Positions 22,632 to 34,343 of a DNA stretch of 64,000 nucleotides are shown one piece after another. The translations under genes and the position numbers were made by a program. The notes below the pieces were generated by a model. The model did not search any database. It saw only the letters and a program-made list of their open reading frames with translations, and was not told the origin of the DNA. Origin of the DNA: Heteronotia binoei. Taxonomy: Eukaryota. The first letter of the stretch is position 1. Every line of letters begins with the position of its first letter. The stretch is taken from positions 38,130,001 to 38,194,000 of the forward strand of contig NC_083226.1 of the NCBI RefSeq assembly GCF_032191835.1, written 5' to 3'.

Positions 22632-23631
22632 TTATTCATTCATTCATTCCATTTATAGCCCACCATTCCCATAGAATAAGCTCAGAGCAGGTTACATCAT
22701 AGAAGAAGACAATCAACCAAATTAAAACCAAGTGAGTTAGAACCAAATTAAAATATATAAAATCTAAAATTACAGATTAAACATTGGAAGCTAAGTGACA
22801 AATGACAAATTCTGCCTCACAGGCATGGCCTATTGTCCAGGTCCAGCAGGTGCTACAGCACTGGTGTGGAATGGAAGGGGGGAGCCAATAACAAATGACA
22901 TCCGCTGCCTCAGCTGAAAGCCTGGTGAAAGAGCTCTGTTTTACAGTCCCTGCAGAATTGGACTAGGTCCCAGATCTCCAGGGGGAGCTCATTCCACCAG
23001 GCAGGCAAGTCAGACATCTTTGTGACTAGGTACCCCAAAAAGGTGTTGGGTCACTGATTGTAAAGACCTATAGGGCTCATACAACAAGAGACGGTCCCAA
23101 AGGTATGCTGGCCCCTGGCCATATAGGACTTTGAAAGTACCGGTAAGTACCAGCTCTTTGAACTGGATATGGTACTCAATAGGTGCCAGTGCCGTTCATA
23201 CAGCACAGAATGGATCCATGCCTGTACAGACAATGTCAACATCCATACAGCAGCATTCTGCAGCAGCTGGAGTTTCTGGAGCAGGTTAAAGGCAGCCTCA
23301 TTACAATAATCTAGCCTAGAAATGACCCTTATATGGGTCACTGTGGCCAGATCGTGGAGGGTGACATACAGGATGAACTGTCTGACCCACCTCAGATGGA
23401 AAAAAGCAGATTTGGCAGTAGTAGTAACTTGAGCTTCCACGGTTAGAGAAGCATTGAGGAGTACCCCCAAGCTCTTCACCACTGACATGGGCACCAATGG
23501 AGCCCCATCAAAGATTGGGAGCCTGATCTCTGATCCCAGCCCCCCACAACCAAGGCACAGAACCTTTGTCTTCAGTGGGTTCAATTTCAGTTGGCTCTTT
23601 TGCAACCATCCAGCCACAGCTTGCAATGCAC
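22632..23631 (-). mobile_element. Old degenerate L2 LINE, 3' part
   Basis: ORF 23051-23626 (LKLNPLKTKVL...SRLDYCN...KLQLLQNAA) is paralogous to the young L2, with frameshifts further 3' and an (ATTC)n tail. Confidence 0.85.
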
Positions 23632-23690
<59 letters not shown>

Positions 23691-23695
23691 TAATA
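23632..23695 (+). repeat. (AAT)n microsatellite forming the 3' tail of the young L2
   Basis: Directly visible and abuts the L2 3' UTR. Confidence 0.95.
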
Positions 23696-25908
23696 AATTT
23701 ATTTTTATATCCCGCCCTCCCCCGCCAGAGGCGGGCTCAGGGCGGCTCACAGACATGGAAATTCCATGAATTAGATAAAACAATATAAATAACAATTATT
23801 AGATATAGTTAATTACATAATAATTTAAAATGAATAAAATAGATAAAAATAGGTGCTATAAAAATACTGTAAGTTGTAATATCCACAAGATGGCTAAATA
23901 GCTACACATCAGATTAGTCAGGTTCTGTCTCAAAGGCCAGCTGGAAAAGAAATGTTTTACAAGCCCTGCGGAATTGATTCAAGTCCCGCAGGGCTCGTAC
24001 CATCTCTGGAAGATGATTCCACCATCGAGGGGCCATTACCGAGAAGGCTTGCTCCCTGGTTGTCTTCAGTCTAGCCTCTCTTGGCCCAGGGATTGTTAGA
24101 AGATTCTGAGAGCTAGATCTCAGTGCTCTCTGGGGAACATATGGGGAGAGGCGGTCCCTTAGGTAGGCAGGTCCTCGGCCATATAGGGCTTTAAAGGTGA
24201 TAACCAGCACTTTATAGCGAACACGGTACACAACAGGTAGCCAATGCAGATCCCGCAGCCCAGGCCGCGCATGTTCCCACCGTGGTAGTCCCATTAGCAG
24301 CCTGGCTGCTGCGTTCTGGACTACCTGGAGTTTCCGTGTTCGGTATAAGGGCAGCCCCATGTAGAGGGCATTGCAGTAGTCTAGTCTCGAGGTGACCGTT
24401 GCGTGGATCACATTTGCTAGGTCGCTGCACTCCAAGAAGGGAGCCAACTGCCTCGCCCTCTTGAGATGAAAGAAGGCGGACCTAGCAGTGGCAGCTACCT
24501 GGGCCTCCATTGATAAAGAGGATTCCAGCAGCACTCCCAGGCTCTTGACTTTACGCACTGGTATCAGTGGCGCACCGTCGAAAGCTGGTAGGGTAATCTC
24601 CCCTCCCGGTCCGCAGCGGCCCACACAAAGGACCTCAGTCTTCGCCGGATTCAACTTCAGCCCGCTCAGCCTGAGCCAGTCAGCCACGGCTTGTAATGCT
24701 CGGTCCAGATTTACAGGGACATCGCCAGCCCGGCCGTCCATCAATAGATAGAGCTGGGTGTCATCTGCATATTGATGACAACCCAGCCCATACCTCCGTG
24801 CAATCTGGGCAAGGGGGCGCATAAAGATGTTAAACAACATCGGGGAGAGAACTGCCTCCTGAGGCACACCACAATGAAGTGGGTGTCTCTGAGACAGCTC
24901 CCCCCCAATTGCCACCCTTTGTCCCCGGCCTTCAAGAAAGGAGGAGAGCCACTGTAAGGCTAGCCCCCGAATTCCTGCGTCGGCGAGGCGGCGGGTCAGC
25001 AGCTGATGGTCGACCATATCGAACGCAGCCGATAGGTCTAGCAGCAGCAATACTGCCGAGCCGCCTCGATCCAGTTGCCGTCGGAGGTCATCCATGAGGG
25101 CGACCAAGACTGTTTCCGTCCCATGGCCCGGGCGAAAGCCGGACTGGCATGGGTCCAAGGTGGAGGCGTCCTCCAAAAAATCCTGTAACTGCGATGCCAC
25201 AGCCCTCTCAATAATTTTGCCCAAAAAGGGCAAATTTGAGACCGGCCGGTAATGTGCCAATTCGGCCGGGTCTGATGAAGGTTTTTTCAAGAGAGGGCAG
25301 ACCAATGCCTCTTTCAGGGGTGTTGGAAAAACACCCTCTGAAAGAGATCGATTTATAATATCCCATATAGGATATCTTAGTTCCTCCTGGCAGGCCTTAA
25401 TTAGCCAGGAGGGGCATGGGTCCAGATCACAAGTTGTGGATCGTGCAGTGCCAAGAATTCTGTCGACCTCCTCCAAGCTGAGCGGGTCGAAGCAATCCAG
25501 AGTTAAATCAGAAGACACGCATTGGGCCTCGAGTTCGCTTACTGCATCCAAATTGGCAGGGCAGTCGTGGCGGAGCGATTGGACCTTATCAGCAAAAAAT
25601 TTCGCGAAAGCCTCACAGCCAATCTCCTATTCCTTAGCTTTTAAATTGCCCTGTGGCAATGTAGTAAGGTTCCGAATTATTCTAAATAATTGGGCCGGGC
25701 GCGAATTTGCAGATGCAATCTTAGCCGCAAAGTATGTTTTCTTTGCGGCCTTGATTGCCATCTCATAGGACTTCATAAACTTCCTATAAGATGTTCTAGT
25801 CGCTTCGTCATGAGTACGCCGCCATTGCCTCTCTTGCTGTCTAAGGCCTTGTTTCAGCTGGCGTAATTCCGGGATATACCACGGAGCCAGCTTAGTCCGA
25901 GGTCCGGA
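23696..25908 (-). mobile_element. Young 5'-truncated L2 LINE
   Basis: CpG-rich, with a near-intact ORF2 and a 3' UTR ending 'tgagccgccctgagcccgcc...gggcgggatataaa' before the (ATT)n tail. Confidence 0.93.
23914..25908 (-). CDS. L2 ORF2 reverse transcriptase, 5'-truncated, with one in-frame TAG at 25629-25627
   Basis: The 545-aa ORF has the non-LTR RT motifs YRPVSNLPFLGKIIE, QSGFRPGHGTET, LLLLDLSAAFD, GVPQ..VLSP, YADD and RLDYCNALY. The same frame continues upstream (APWYIPELRQLK...YFAAKIASA...) across a single stop. Confidence 0.92.
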
Positions 25909-25911
25909 GCC

Positions 25912-25996
25912 ACCTTAGTTCCTCCAGGGCCAAATCTGGGCAGCCATTCATCAACAGATAGACTGAGCTGGGTGTCATCCGCATATTGATCATCCA
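25912..25996 (-). mobile_element. Continuation of the old L2 (YADD region)
   Basis: 'ccattcatcaacagataga..gctgggtgtcatccgcatattgat' is the segment expected directly 5' of 23631. Confidence 0.75.
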
Positions 25997-26432
25997 CAGG
26001 CCTCAATTTGGGGAGGAGCTCACAGAAGCAGAGCTCTGGAGCTTCTAAATTTTATTGTGCTCTTTCCACACACCCCATACTTGCTTCTGGCTCCGTTGTT
26101 CAAAACCTTTGTGAGAATTTTGCTGAACTCTAAGATCTGACAAACTTTCTAATATTTTTCTCCACAAAAAAAGAGGAAAATAACCAAAACATATAAAACA
26201 GACAGATGGAAATCTTCATCATGCCTCTGTGGCCACATAGGAGAAAGCAATTTTAAAAGTATGATGGGACGTAAGGTTTTATTATGACAATTATAATTCA
26301 GAAAGCATTTTAAGGTAGATGCTGAGCTGATATAATTTAGTGCACCTTCCAGTGATGTCAGGGGTGTGTGGTTTGTGCAAATGAATTGTGCTAATGAGCT
26401 CCAGCACCTCTTTTTCTATTAAAAGACCCCTG
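25997..26432 (-). mobile_element. hAT-type MITE (CAGGGGTC/CAGGCCTC termini) with 8-bp TSD
   Basis: Flanks ATCATCCA (25989-25996) and GTCATCCA (26433-26440) match at 7/8 positions. Same family as 29579-29747. Confidence 0.8.
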
Positions 26433-27233
26433 GTCATCCACATACAACCTCACTATTATGTGGCAACTAATCAATTGCCTCAAGAGACCAATGTCATCAT
26501 AACCAATCACTGAACGATTTTGTAGAACCCTGACTCTAGATGCTAATCTGTATGGAGCATCTGAAAGATACATGGTTAAACAAACAGCTCTGTAATGTTT
26601 TACACACAGCCTCCAGTCAACTCTCATCCCAGTTCCCCCCCATATTTGGAACATGCCTGTTCAGGAATGGATAATGGAATATCCCTGAAGGAAATAGTGC
26701 CTAACAGTCCACTTGCTCCAGTCTTAGCAACTAATGAGATGTTTTTATTTGCTTGACCAGGAAAACAATAAGTCACATCTAGATTGCCTGGCTTGACCAC
26801 ATAACCAATATTCATATCTAGATGTCAGCTTTACCTCAGCTCGCCAAGTGATGTCTTTGACTTGCCAAATTTTTCCCCTGATCTGGCGGTTTCTGCCCTA
26901 ATTCTACCTGTCTCTGCCTTGTTGCCCCAACCAACAGATCAGTTATTTTTTAAAAAGATGACAACCACAGATATGTCTACTGCCTTCTCTGACCATTGTT
27001 TATTTGTGCCTTACATCGCTCTCCTCTAACCACCTTCCTTCAGTTACATTCCAGTGATGTTACAAAGATTGGTTTTACACAGCTGAGGTAAAAGGCAAGT
27101 ACAAGCTGGCAGGATGTCATGTGGTAATCCCAGTGGTCTTGGAGCCTGTTCGGTTGGTTGCCATTTCAAGGCAACAGACTCATTTCTGAATGTGGGTGGT
27201 CTTGTGTCACTTGCATAAAGAAACAGCAGCAGC

Positions 27234-28536
27234 AAGGGCTATTTTTAGCTTAAAGTAGGCCAGGCAGCCCCAGAAGTTTGAAAAGGAAGATTATTCTTAA
27301 AGGAGAAAATTCCTCCTCAAAAGCAAGAAAGGTAAATTAAAGAGATGACAGACATGTGTTCGTCGCTGATAAATATGTGGAATGGATGGAGGGGGAGAAT
27401 TTCTGGACACAGTGGACTCTGTTTCCTAAGGAGCCTGGTTTCTTTCCTGTAGGTAAATAAAAATTTATCCTGTCTTCAACATGAGACTAGCTCTCAAAAC
27501 CTTAACTTTGACGGAGTAATGCTTTGAACCCTAACCCTAAATGTTAACCCTAACCCCCCCTAAACCCAACCCTAACCCTAATCTTTGAAGGACTATTTTT
27601 AGCTTAAAGTAGGCCAGGCTGCCCCAAAAGCTTCAACGGGAAGACTGTTTTTAAAGGAAAAATCCTCCTCAAAAGCAAGAATGGTAAATAAAAGAGATGA
27701 CAGACATGTTCCTCATCAGTAAATATGCAGAATGAAGGGAGGGGAAGAATTTCTGGACACGCTGGACTCTGATTACTAAGGAGCCTGGATTGCTTCCCAT
27801 AGGTAAACATAAATTTATTCTGTATTCAGCATCACAACAGCTCTCAAAAGCTTTACTTTAGCAAAGAGTGATGCTTTGAATCCTAACCCTAAACCCAAAC
27901 TATAACCCCTAATACTAACCAAACCCTAATTGCCTAACCCTAACAATAATTTAACACTAATCCTAAACCCTAAATACTAACCTTTACCTGGACTCTAACC
28001 CTAACCATAAACTAACCCTAATCTGACTCTAACCCAAATGCTAACCCTAATATAAATCCTAACTCTAATATGAACCCTATCCCTAAAACCTAACCCTATT
28101 CCTGTAACCCAAAACTCTAACAGTAACATAAACCCTACCCCAGCCTTAACCCTAACTCTAAATCCTAGCCCTTATCCTTACTCTAAATCATAATTCTAAC
28201 CCTAAACACTAACCTAACCCTCACCCTAACTCTAAACCCTAATTTAACCCTAACCTTTGAAGGGTTATTTTTATTTTATAGTAGGCCAGGCAATTTGAAT
28301 AGGAAGACTGTTCTTAAAGGAGAAAAATCCTCCTGGAAAGCAAAAAAGGTAGATAAAAGAGATGAGAGACGTGTGTTCCTCATCAGTAAACATGCAGAAT
28401 GGAGAGGGGGGGAGAATTTCCAGACACATTGTTTCCTGAGGAGTTTGATTTCTTTCCTGTAGGTAAATATAAATTTATCCTGTGTTCAATATGGGAATAG
28501 ATCTCAAAAACTTTAACATGAAGTAATGCCTTGAAG
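27234..28536 (+). repeat. Three diverged tandem copies of a ~300-bp unit separated by degenerate (CCCTAA)-like tracts
   Basis: Units start at 27234, 27588 and 28260 ('aaggg(c/t)tatttttagcttaaagtaggccagg'). Telomere-like tracts lie at about 27527-27582 and 27879-28255. Confidence 0.9.
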
Positions 28537-28566
28537 TATGGTCTCACAAAGGAAGATACAAACGTT

Positions 28567-28734
28567 CAGGGCTTCTTTTGTAGCAGGAACTTCTTTGCAT
28601 ATTAGGCCACACATCCCTGATGTAGCCAATCCTCCAAGAGCTTACAGTAAGCCCTGTATTAAGAGCCCTGTAAACTCTTGGCAGATTGGCTATATCAGGG
28701 GTGTGTGGCCTAATATGCAAAGGAGTTCCTGCAA
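28567..28734. mobile_element. Fold-back MITE of the 'tttgtagcaggaa..tttgcatattaggccacac' family
   Basis: Long inverted arms; the right terminus is truncated. Confidence 0.8.
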
Positions 28735-29578
28735 ATGTTAAGTACATTATTCTGTCTCTCTCTCTCACACACACAAACACATTACTGGCCAGCTTCCTGA
28801 TCTAGACATGTACATCAAATTTTCTCAGTAGTTTTATGGAGTCTTTATGGTTTTGCTCTCTTATGGGATTAACTGTATCCCACATGGAACCCAACACTGG
28901 ATTTCCTTGCATTGCTGTATATAGTTTTGTGCCTTATGCTTTTAAAAAAGCACCAAAAAAGGTATTTTAAATAAAAGGGATAAATTCACTGTCAAGGCTT
29001 TTATGATTTATGTGTTGAAAGTTTTGATCCAACAATACATTCTAGAAAAAAAGTACATCTTTGTTTTAATATGCATTATTTTTTAATACACAATCACATC
29101 AAACAATGCTTTCTTCAAAGCTTCAAGACATGAACTGAAGCAGTAGATTGTTGCTCTTGTATTAAAAATAATGTGTATTCCAAATAATGATGTCAGCTGT
29201 ACTGTCTGGTCCATATTAGCTATGAGATTTCCTTGAGTCTCAGTAAGAAAGGCAGACTATAAATGAAGTAACAAGAGTAAACAAATTAATTCCAACTCAT
29301 GCTTGAATTGCAGGGCTTCCAGGTGACAGTTTTTGAGGGTGGACTCAGTGGCATTATAGTCTTTCAAGGTCCTTCCCCTCCCGAAACCCTGGCCTCCTCA
29401 GGCTTCACACACCGCCCCCCCCCCGCAAGTCTGTTGGAATTTCTCAATTCAGAATTGGAAACCTGAGGAATGAAGGGACCAACTTTTTAAAGTTCAAGAA
29501 ATATTTAGGGGAAGATCTGACAGTAATGCATAATTTTCCAAAACACTTAAGTCCTTTGAAACAGTTTATTCTTCTCAT

Positions 29579-29747
29579 CAGGGGTCATTTTGTAGAAAAA
29601 TAGGTGGTGGAGCTCATCCAGGGGTTGTTATGCAGCTGCAATACTATTTGATGGACAAGGAAGTGGAACTCTCAGAAGGAGGAGGTGGAACTCTCAGAAA
29701 GGTTCAGGAGCTGCGCTCCTGTGAGCTCCCACTGAATCTGAGGCCTG
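29579..29747 (+). mobile_element. hAT-type MITE with perfect 8-bp TSD
   Basis: TSD CTTCTCAT (29571-29578 and 29748-29755). Termini CAGGGGTC / AGGCCTG. Confidence 0.85.
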
Positions 29748-29774
29748 CTTCTCATTCTTTTATGTATACCTTGC

Positions 29775-29995
29775 CTTTGTGCCAAGGGAGGGTCCATGGC
29801 TCAGGAGTAAAACATCTGCTTCGTATTAAGAAGGTCCTAGGTTCAATTCCCAGCATCTTCAGTTAAAGGGATCAGGTAGTAGGTGAGATGAAAAACCTCT
29901 GCCAGAGTCCATGGAGGTCCATTAGCAGTCTGAGTAGACAGTATTGACAATGATGGACCAATAGTCTGATTCAATTTATGGCAAGTTCATGTATT
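29775..29995 (+). mobile_element. Diverged tRNA-derived SINE with CR1-like tail
   Basis: 'ggctcaggagtaaaacatctgctt...ggttcaattcccagcatc...tctgagtagacagtattgac...gattcaattt'. Confidence 0.7.
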
Positions 29996-32900
29996 CATGA
30001 TGTCTCACTGATGTGTGTGTAATTATCCCATTTTATTTTCATAGCCACCCTGTGAAGCAAGGCATGACACTGCCTTAGTCAACTCTTTTTTTCCAGTCCT
30101 ATTATATGCAAGCTTTGCAGACTTTTTTTTAATTAAAAAACCAACTATTCCACCATACTAATGTAGAGTAAAAAAGATCTTAGTGAAATCCTTTCTAAAT
30201 TATTAATCAATATTAGTTAGCAGTGATCCCCACCCCCTGATTTCCTTATGAATAATAGCACAGCCGCAAAACAAGTCAAGAATTTGATGTTTTCTCCTGA
30301 GGGTCTTGGAAAAGAAATAAAATGTTATTACCTGATTACAGCAAATTTGATATTTGCACATTTTGCCAATATTATCAAAGAACACCAATATATAACTTCA
30401 GACAGATTACCCATTGGTTTCATATTAGTTGTTTATTGCTTTTTACTAGTCGCTTATCGACTGAATATGCATTTGTCCTCTTAGTATGCTGTGCATGACT
30501 TCTAGTCTTTCTTTAAGCGAGCACTGGCTTGATAACCCACACTTTGCTACAGTATGTAAGTACTATTTGCGAATTGCTTTGCTGCATCTCTAAGTTGCTT
30601 CCTTCTTGTAGCTTTGGTGTATCTTACACATCTGCCAGGAGTTTTCTTGAGGGCAGTAAGAGGTGATGCCTGTGAGGGGTGTGTGGGGGAGTTGGACTGA
30701 GGGAGCACTGGTGTGGTGAACACTTTGACTTTGTGAGAGGTTCACTTCCAAACAGGCCCTCAAAAGATTGTGCACCATCTCCCCCTTATCATCCGAAAGC
30801 TCAGTTTCCATACTGGCTTTTATGTAAAATCCCTAGTGAATTTTTAGAGAAGGACTGGCATTTTATCTCAGGGCACATTCAATTACTCCCAATAGGAAAT
30901 GCATACTGTTTGGAATGTTGAGGGTGAGGACCCATCAGGTTGCATATATGCAAATGGTTTCTGGTTCCAACTGTTTTGGGGGTGGGGTGGGGGTGGGGAT
31001 GAGGTATGGAATGTTGTCAACAGTTTCCTGTAACTGTAACTCAGACCAGCCAGGCTTCACAGGAAGATTGGCAAGACTAGTGAGATTTGGAATGTTGAGG
31101 GTGATGTCCAATCAGGTGGTTTATGCAAATAACCTTTTGTTCTAACTGTCTCTGTGAGCGGAAAAGCAGCCTCCAAGCCACATTGTATACTTAAGGGGAA
31201 ACAGATTTTACTCTTTTTTTACCTCCTTAGATGGTGAATTTCTTAAAATCCTTTCTTAGTTGCTGTCTACATCATGAAAGGAATGTTCTCCCCAAATTTC
31301 AAGTTTCTAAGTCCAGAGGTTTTGGCTGGGGCTTGATTTGTAGGTCAGGAGACTTGTCTTTATAGTTAACAAATTAAATGCAGCTCTACACATTCAGTAT
31401 AAGTATATCAATTATTTTGTTGATGGCACTAGTCATGAATTCCCTTGTCTTTCTGTGACTTGCTCACCAGAGCTAAGCACCCAAGAACTACAGGTTTCCT
31501 CCTGAGAGAATTCTTTTTCACTCTGTTTTATTGCTTTCCACAATCTTGAAGAGATATTACCCATAATTCATCAGTAGCATCACCATGTAAGAACAATCTC
31601 TGGAGATTAGTTTTAGAAGAAATTCCTTTCTATATGTTGACAAGCACGTTAATCTTGCTGCCTTCTCAGTAGCTAGATTAAACACAATGGGCAGCTCTGG
31701 TAACCACTGGAAGCCTGAGGTGTTTTCTAGGTTTCAGGGCCTTTTCCTTCAAAATTATTTGATTTTTTAAGCATTTGGAAATACTTCTAAAATGACAGAG
31801 AATGGAGGGATATTTTAATGGACGCTGATTTATTTCAGTGGCACATTCTGCATCATTTCAATCGTGAAACCATCATTAGTGGCAACAGACCTGTCAGAGA
31901 CCAGATGGTGTTTGAACCCCCACAGCTCCTGTATGTGTTGTATTATGAGGCTGATCTCTTATCATGTTTAGATCACAGGATGTAGAGACTGAGCCTACAT
32001 CAGGCTTGTCTATAGAAATCCCTTTTAGCTTTGTTCACAGCTGGCCATCTTTTCTGTTCACCCCAGTGAGCTATAAATTAGACCAGAAACAAGTATCTAT
32101 ATCACACAAAAGATGAGGAAGGATTGATAGATGAGACATTGCAAGACAAGTCAGCAGGTGTGAGAAAGATTAGCTCTTCTTCCCTTTTCAGAATGCACAT
32201 GTGTGAATATTTACAGCCCTTTCACACAGCCGACTAAAATACAATGCATTTAGCTGGAAAAGGAAATGAGATCATCAGCCTATGAAACAATAGTCAACAC
32301 CAATAGATATATGTCCCATTGCCAAGATGGCCTCTGATCTCAACCTTGGGGAGGGAGAGTCATATGAGACATTCCTTGAAGTACTTTTGTTTAGTGCTGC
32401 AATTCTGGTGAAATACCTGGGTCTGGGCAGCACTATTTCAGGCTCAAATTACATACATGGAATTCCATTTCTCCCCATCCTCACAGTTTTAAAAAATGAG
32501 CCTGAGCAAACCATGAGTACAACTGGAGAGGCAGAGAGATGCTGTTGAACTCTTTCCCTTGTGGTCATCTGTCAAGCTCAAAATCACCCTCCCTCCCCAG
32601 ATGCTCTTTTACCCACCCTGAAACAGCTATGGAACCCTACTTATCTTTTTGTTGCCATCACACATACCCAATGTGTAGAAAAATGGTTGAGAGAGTTGAT
32701 TTTCAATGTGAATTTCCCAAGCTGGAGTTGGCAGCCCTAGTTAAGCATCTCCATCTGTCCAATTTGCAATCTACCCAGGCTCATTTTTTGTTTTGTTTTT
32801 AAATTCAGAGACAAAGCAAACAGGACTGGGAATGCAGAGATATCCATGCCTGTTGGATCTTTGGGTACTTCTGGAATTTTAAGAACAGGTAGTGGTAGGG

Positions 32901-33292
32901 TTGCCAGATGCCTACTACAAGCAAGGGATTCCCTGCTGGCACTCATTGAAGAACCAGGGGGACAATGAGGTGGAAAGGCATCGCACAGCACCACAATAAG
33001 CCTTCTGATTAGGAACCTGGTAGTTCCCCAACCTGTTTGAGCCTTTGGGATTTTGAGAGTGGATGATGAGCACCACTCCAAAATGGTTGCTGCAGGAGAA
33101 TATCTCTCTTCTCTTACTTCCTGGGAAGAAGAAAAGCCTGAAGGGGGAATGGAACCACAAGCTAAGGAAAGTCTGGGTTCTTACCAGTCCTCCAGATCTT
33201 CCTGTGGCTACAACTAATATTGCAGCCATTGAAAGCCCATTCATTTGAAAGAGAGCAACCAATAATGTGCCCTGCCTTACAGTGGCTCCACC

Positions 33293-33463
33293 CAGGTGTT
33301 GAATTTTAGCAGGAGCTCTTTTACATAATAGTCCACATACCCCTGATGTAGCCAATCCTTCAAAAGCTTACAAAAACGAGCCTTGTAAGCTCTTGGAGGA
33401 TTGGCTACATCAAGGGTGTGTGGCCTAATATGTAAAGGAGCTCCTGCTAAAATTCCACCCCTG
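33293..33463. mobile_element. Fold-back hAT-type MITE with perfect 8-bp TSD
   Basis: TSD GCTCCACC (33285-33292 and 33464-33471). Inverted arms 'aattttagcaggagctc' / 'gagctcctgctaaaatt'. Confidence 0.88.
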
Positions 33464-33555
33464 GCTCCACCCAGTTCTGAAAATCTCAGTGGGCATCAAG
33501 GGAAGTTTTTGGGAAATTCTAGAGAATCATGCAACGTGGGTATGTCACTTCTGGT

Positions 33556-34343
33556 TAGGGTTCCCAACCCTCCCGCCCTGCTGGGGGACCCCTGGATTAG
33601 GAGCCTTTCCCCCCCGATCTCCAAGAACGTGGAAGTGGGAGGGGTGGGGTGGGGAAACGGCGCGGCCTCCCTTCGGGAGGTGCATGCTGGGACTCGTAGT
33701 CCTTGCATCCTCTCTGGCTGCTACAGGCGTCTCCTCGGGAAGTCTGGCCGGCAGAGGGGGGGAGCTTCGCTCCCAGAGGACCATGTGCGTTTCTACCTCT
33801 GGAGGCTTCAGTCGCTGATTGAAAGGCTTCCTCTTGGGATGGGGTGTCTGTGTTACTTTGAAAAAGTTGGCAGCAACTCGTGAGTAGAGAGGCCGATCCC
33901 CCTTCAGTGTTGCCAGAAATGGGGGGGGGGGAAGTCTGCTGAGCACTTCATTATTCTCTATGTGGAGATTGATTCTCATAGGGTATAATGGGGAATTAAT
34001 CTGGAGGTTTTGAGGGCTCTGTGGGTGCTGTTTTTTGAGGTAGAGGCACCATACTTTCAGTATAGTATCTAGTGACTCTCTCCAAAGTATCCGCCAAGTT
34101 TCAAAACGATTGGACCATGGGGTCCAATTCTATGAGCCCCAAAAGAAGGTGCCCCTATCCTTCATTATTTCCTATGGAACGAAGACATTTAAAAAGGTGT
34201 GCAGTCCCTTTAAATGTGATGGCCAGAACTCCCTTGGAGTTCAATTATGCTTGTCACACCCTTGTTCCTGGCTCCGCCCCGATGTCTCCTGGCTCCACCC
34301 CCAAAGTCCCCAGATATTTCTTGAATTGGACTTGGCAAGCCTA
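33556..34343 (+). mobile_element. 788-bp TAGGGTTGCC-family non-autonomous hAT element with perfect 8-bp TSD
   Basis: Termini TAGGGTTCCCAA / TTGGCAAGCCTA. TSD CTTCTGGT (33548-33555 and 34344-34351). Confidence 0.9.

Noticed and set aside
27879-28255. True telomere or chromosome end
   Set aside because: Highly degenerate, short and embedded between repeat units in ordinary sequence.
33063-33248. Exon-like stretch (GEYLSSLTSWEEEKPEGGMEPQAKESL)
   Set aside because: Weak splice signals, an early stop and no recognisable protein.
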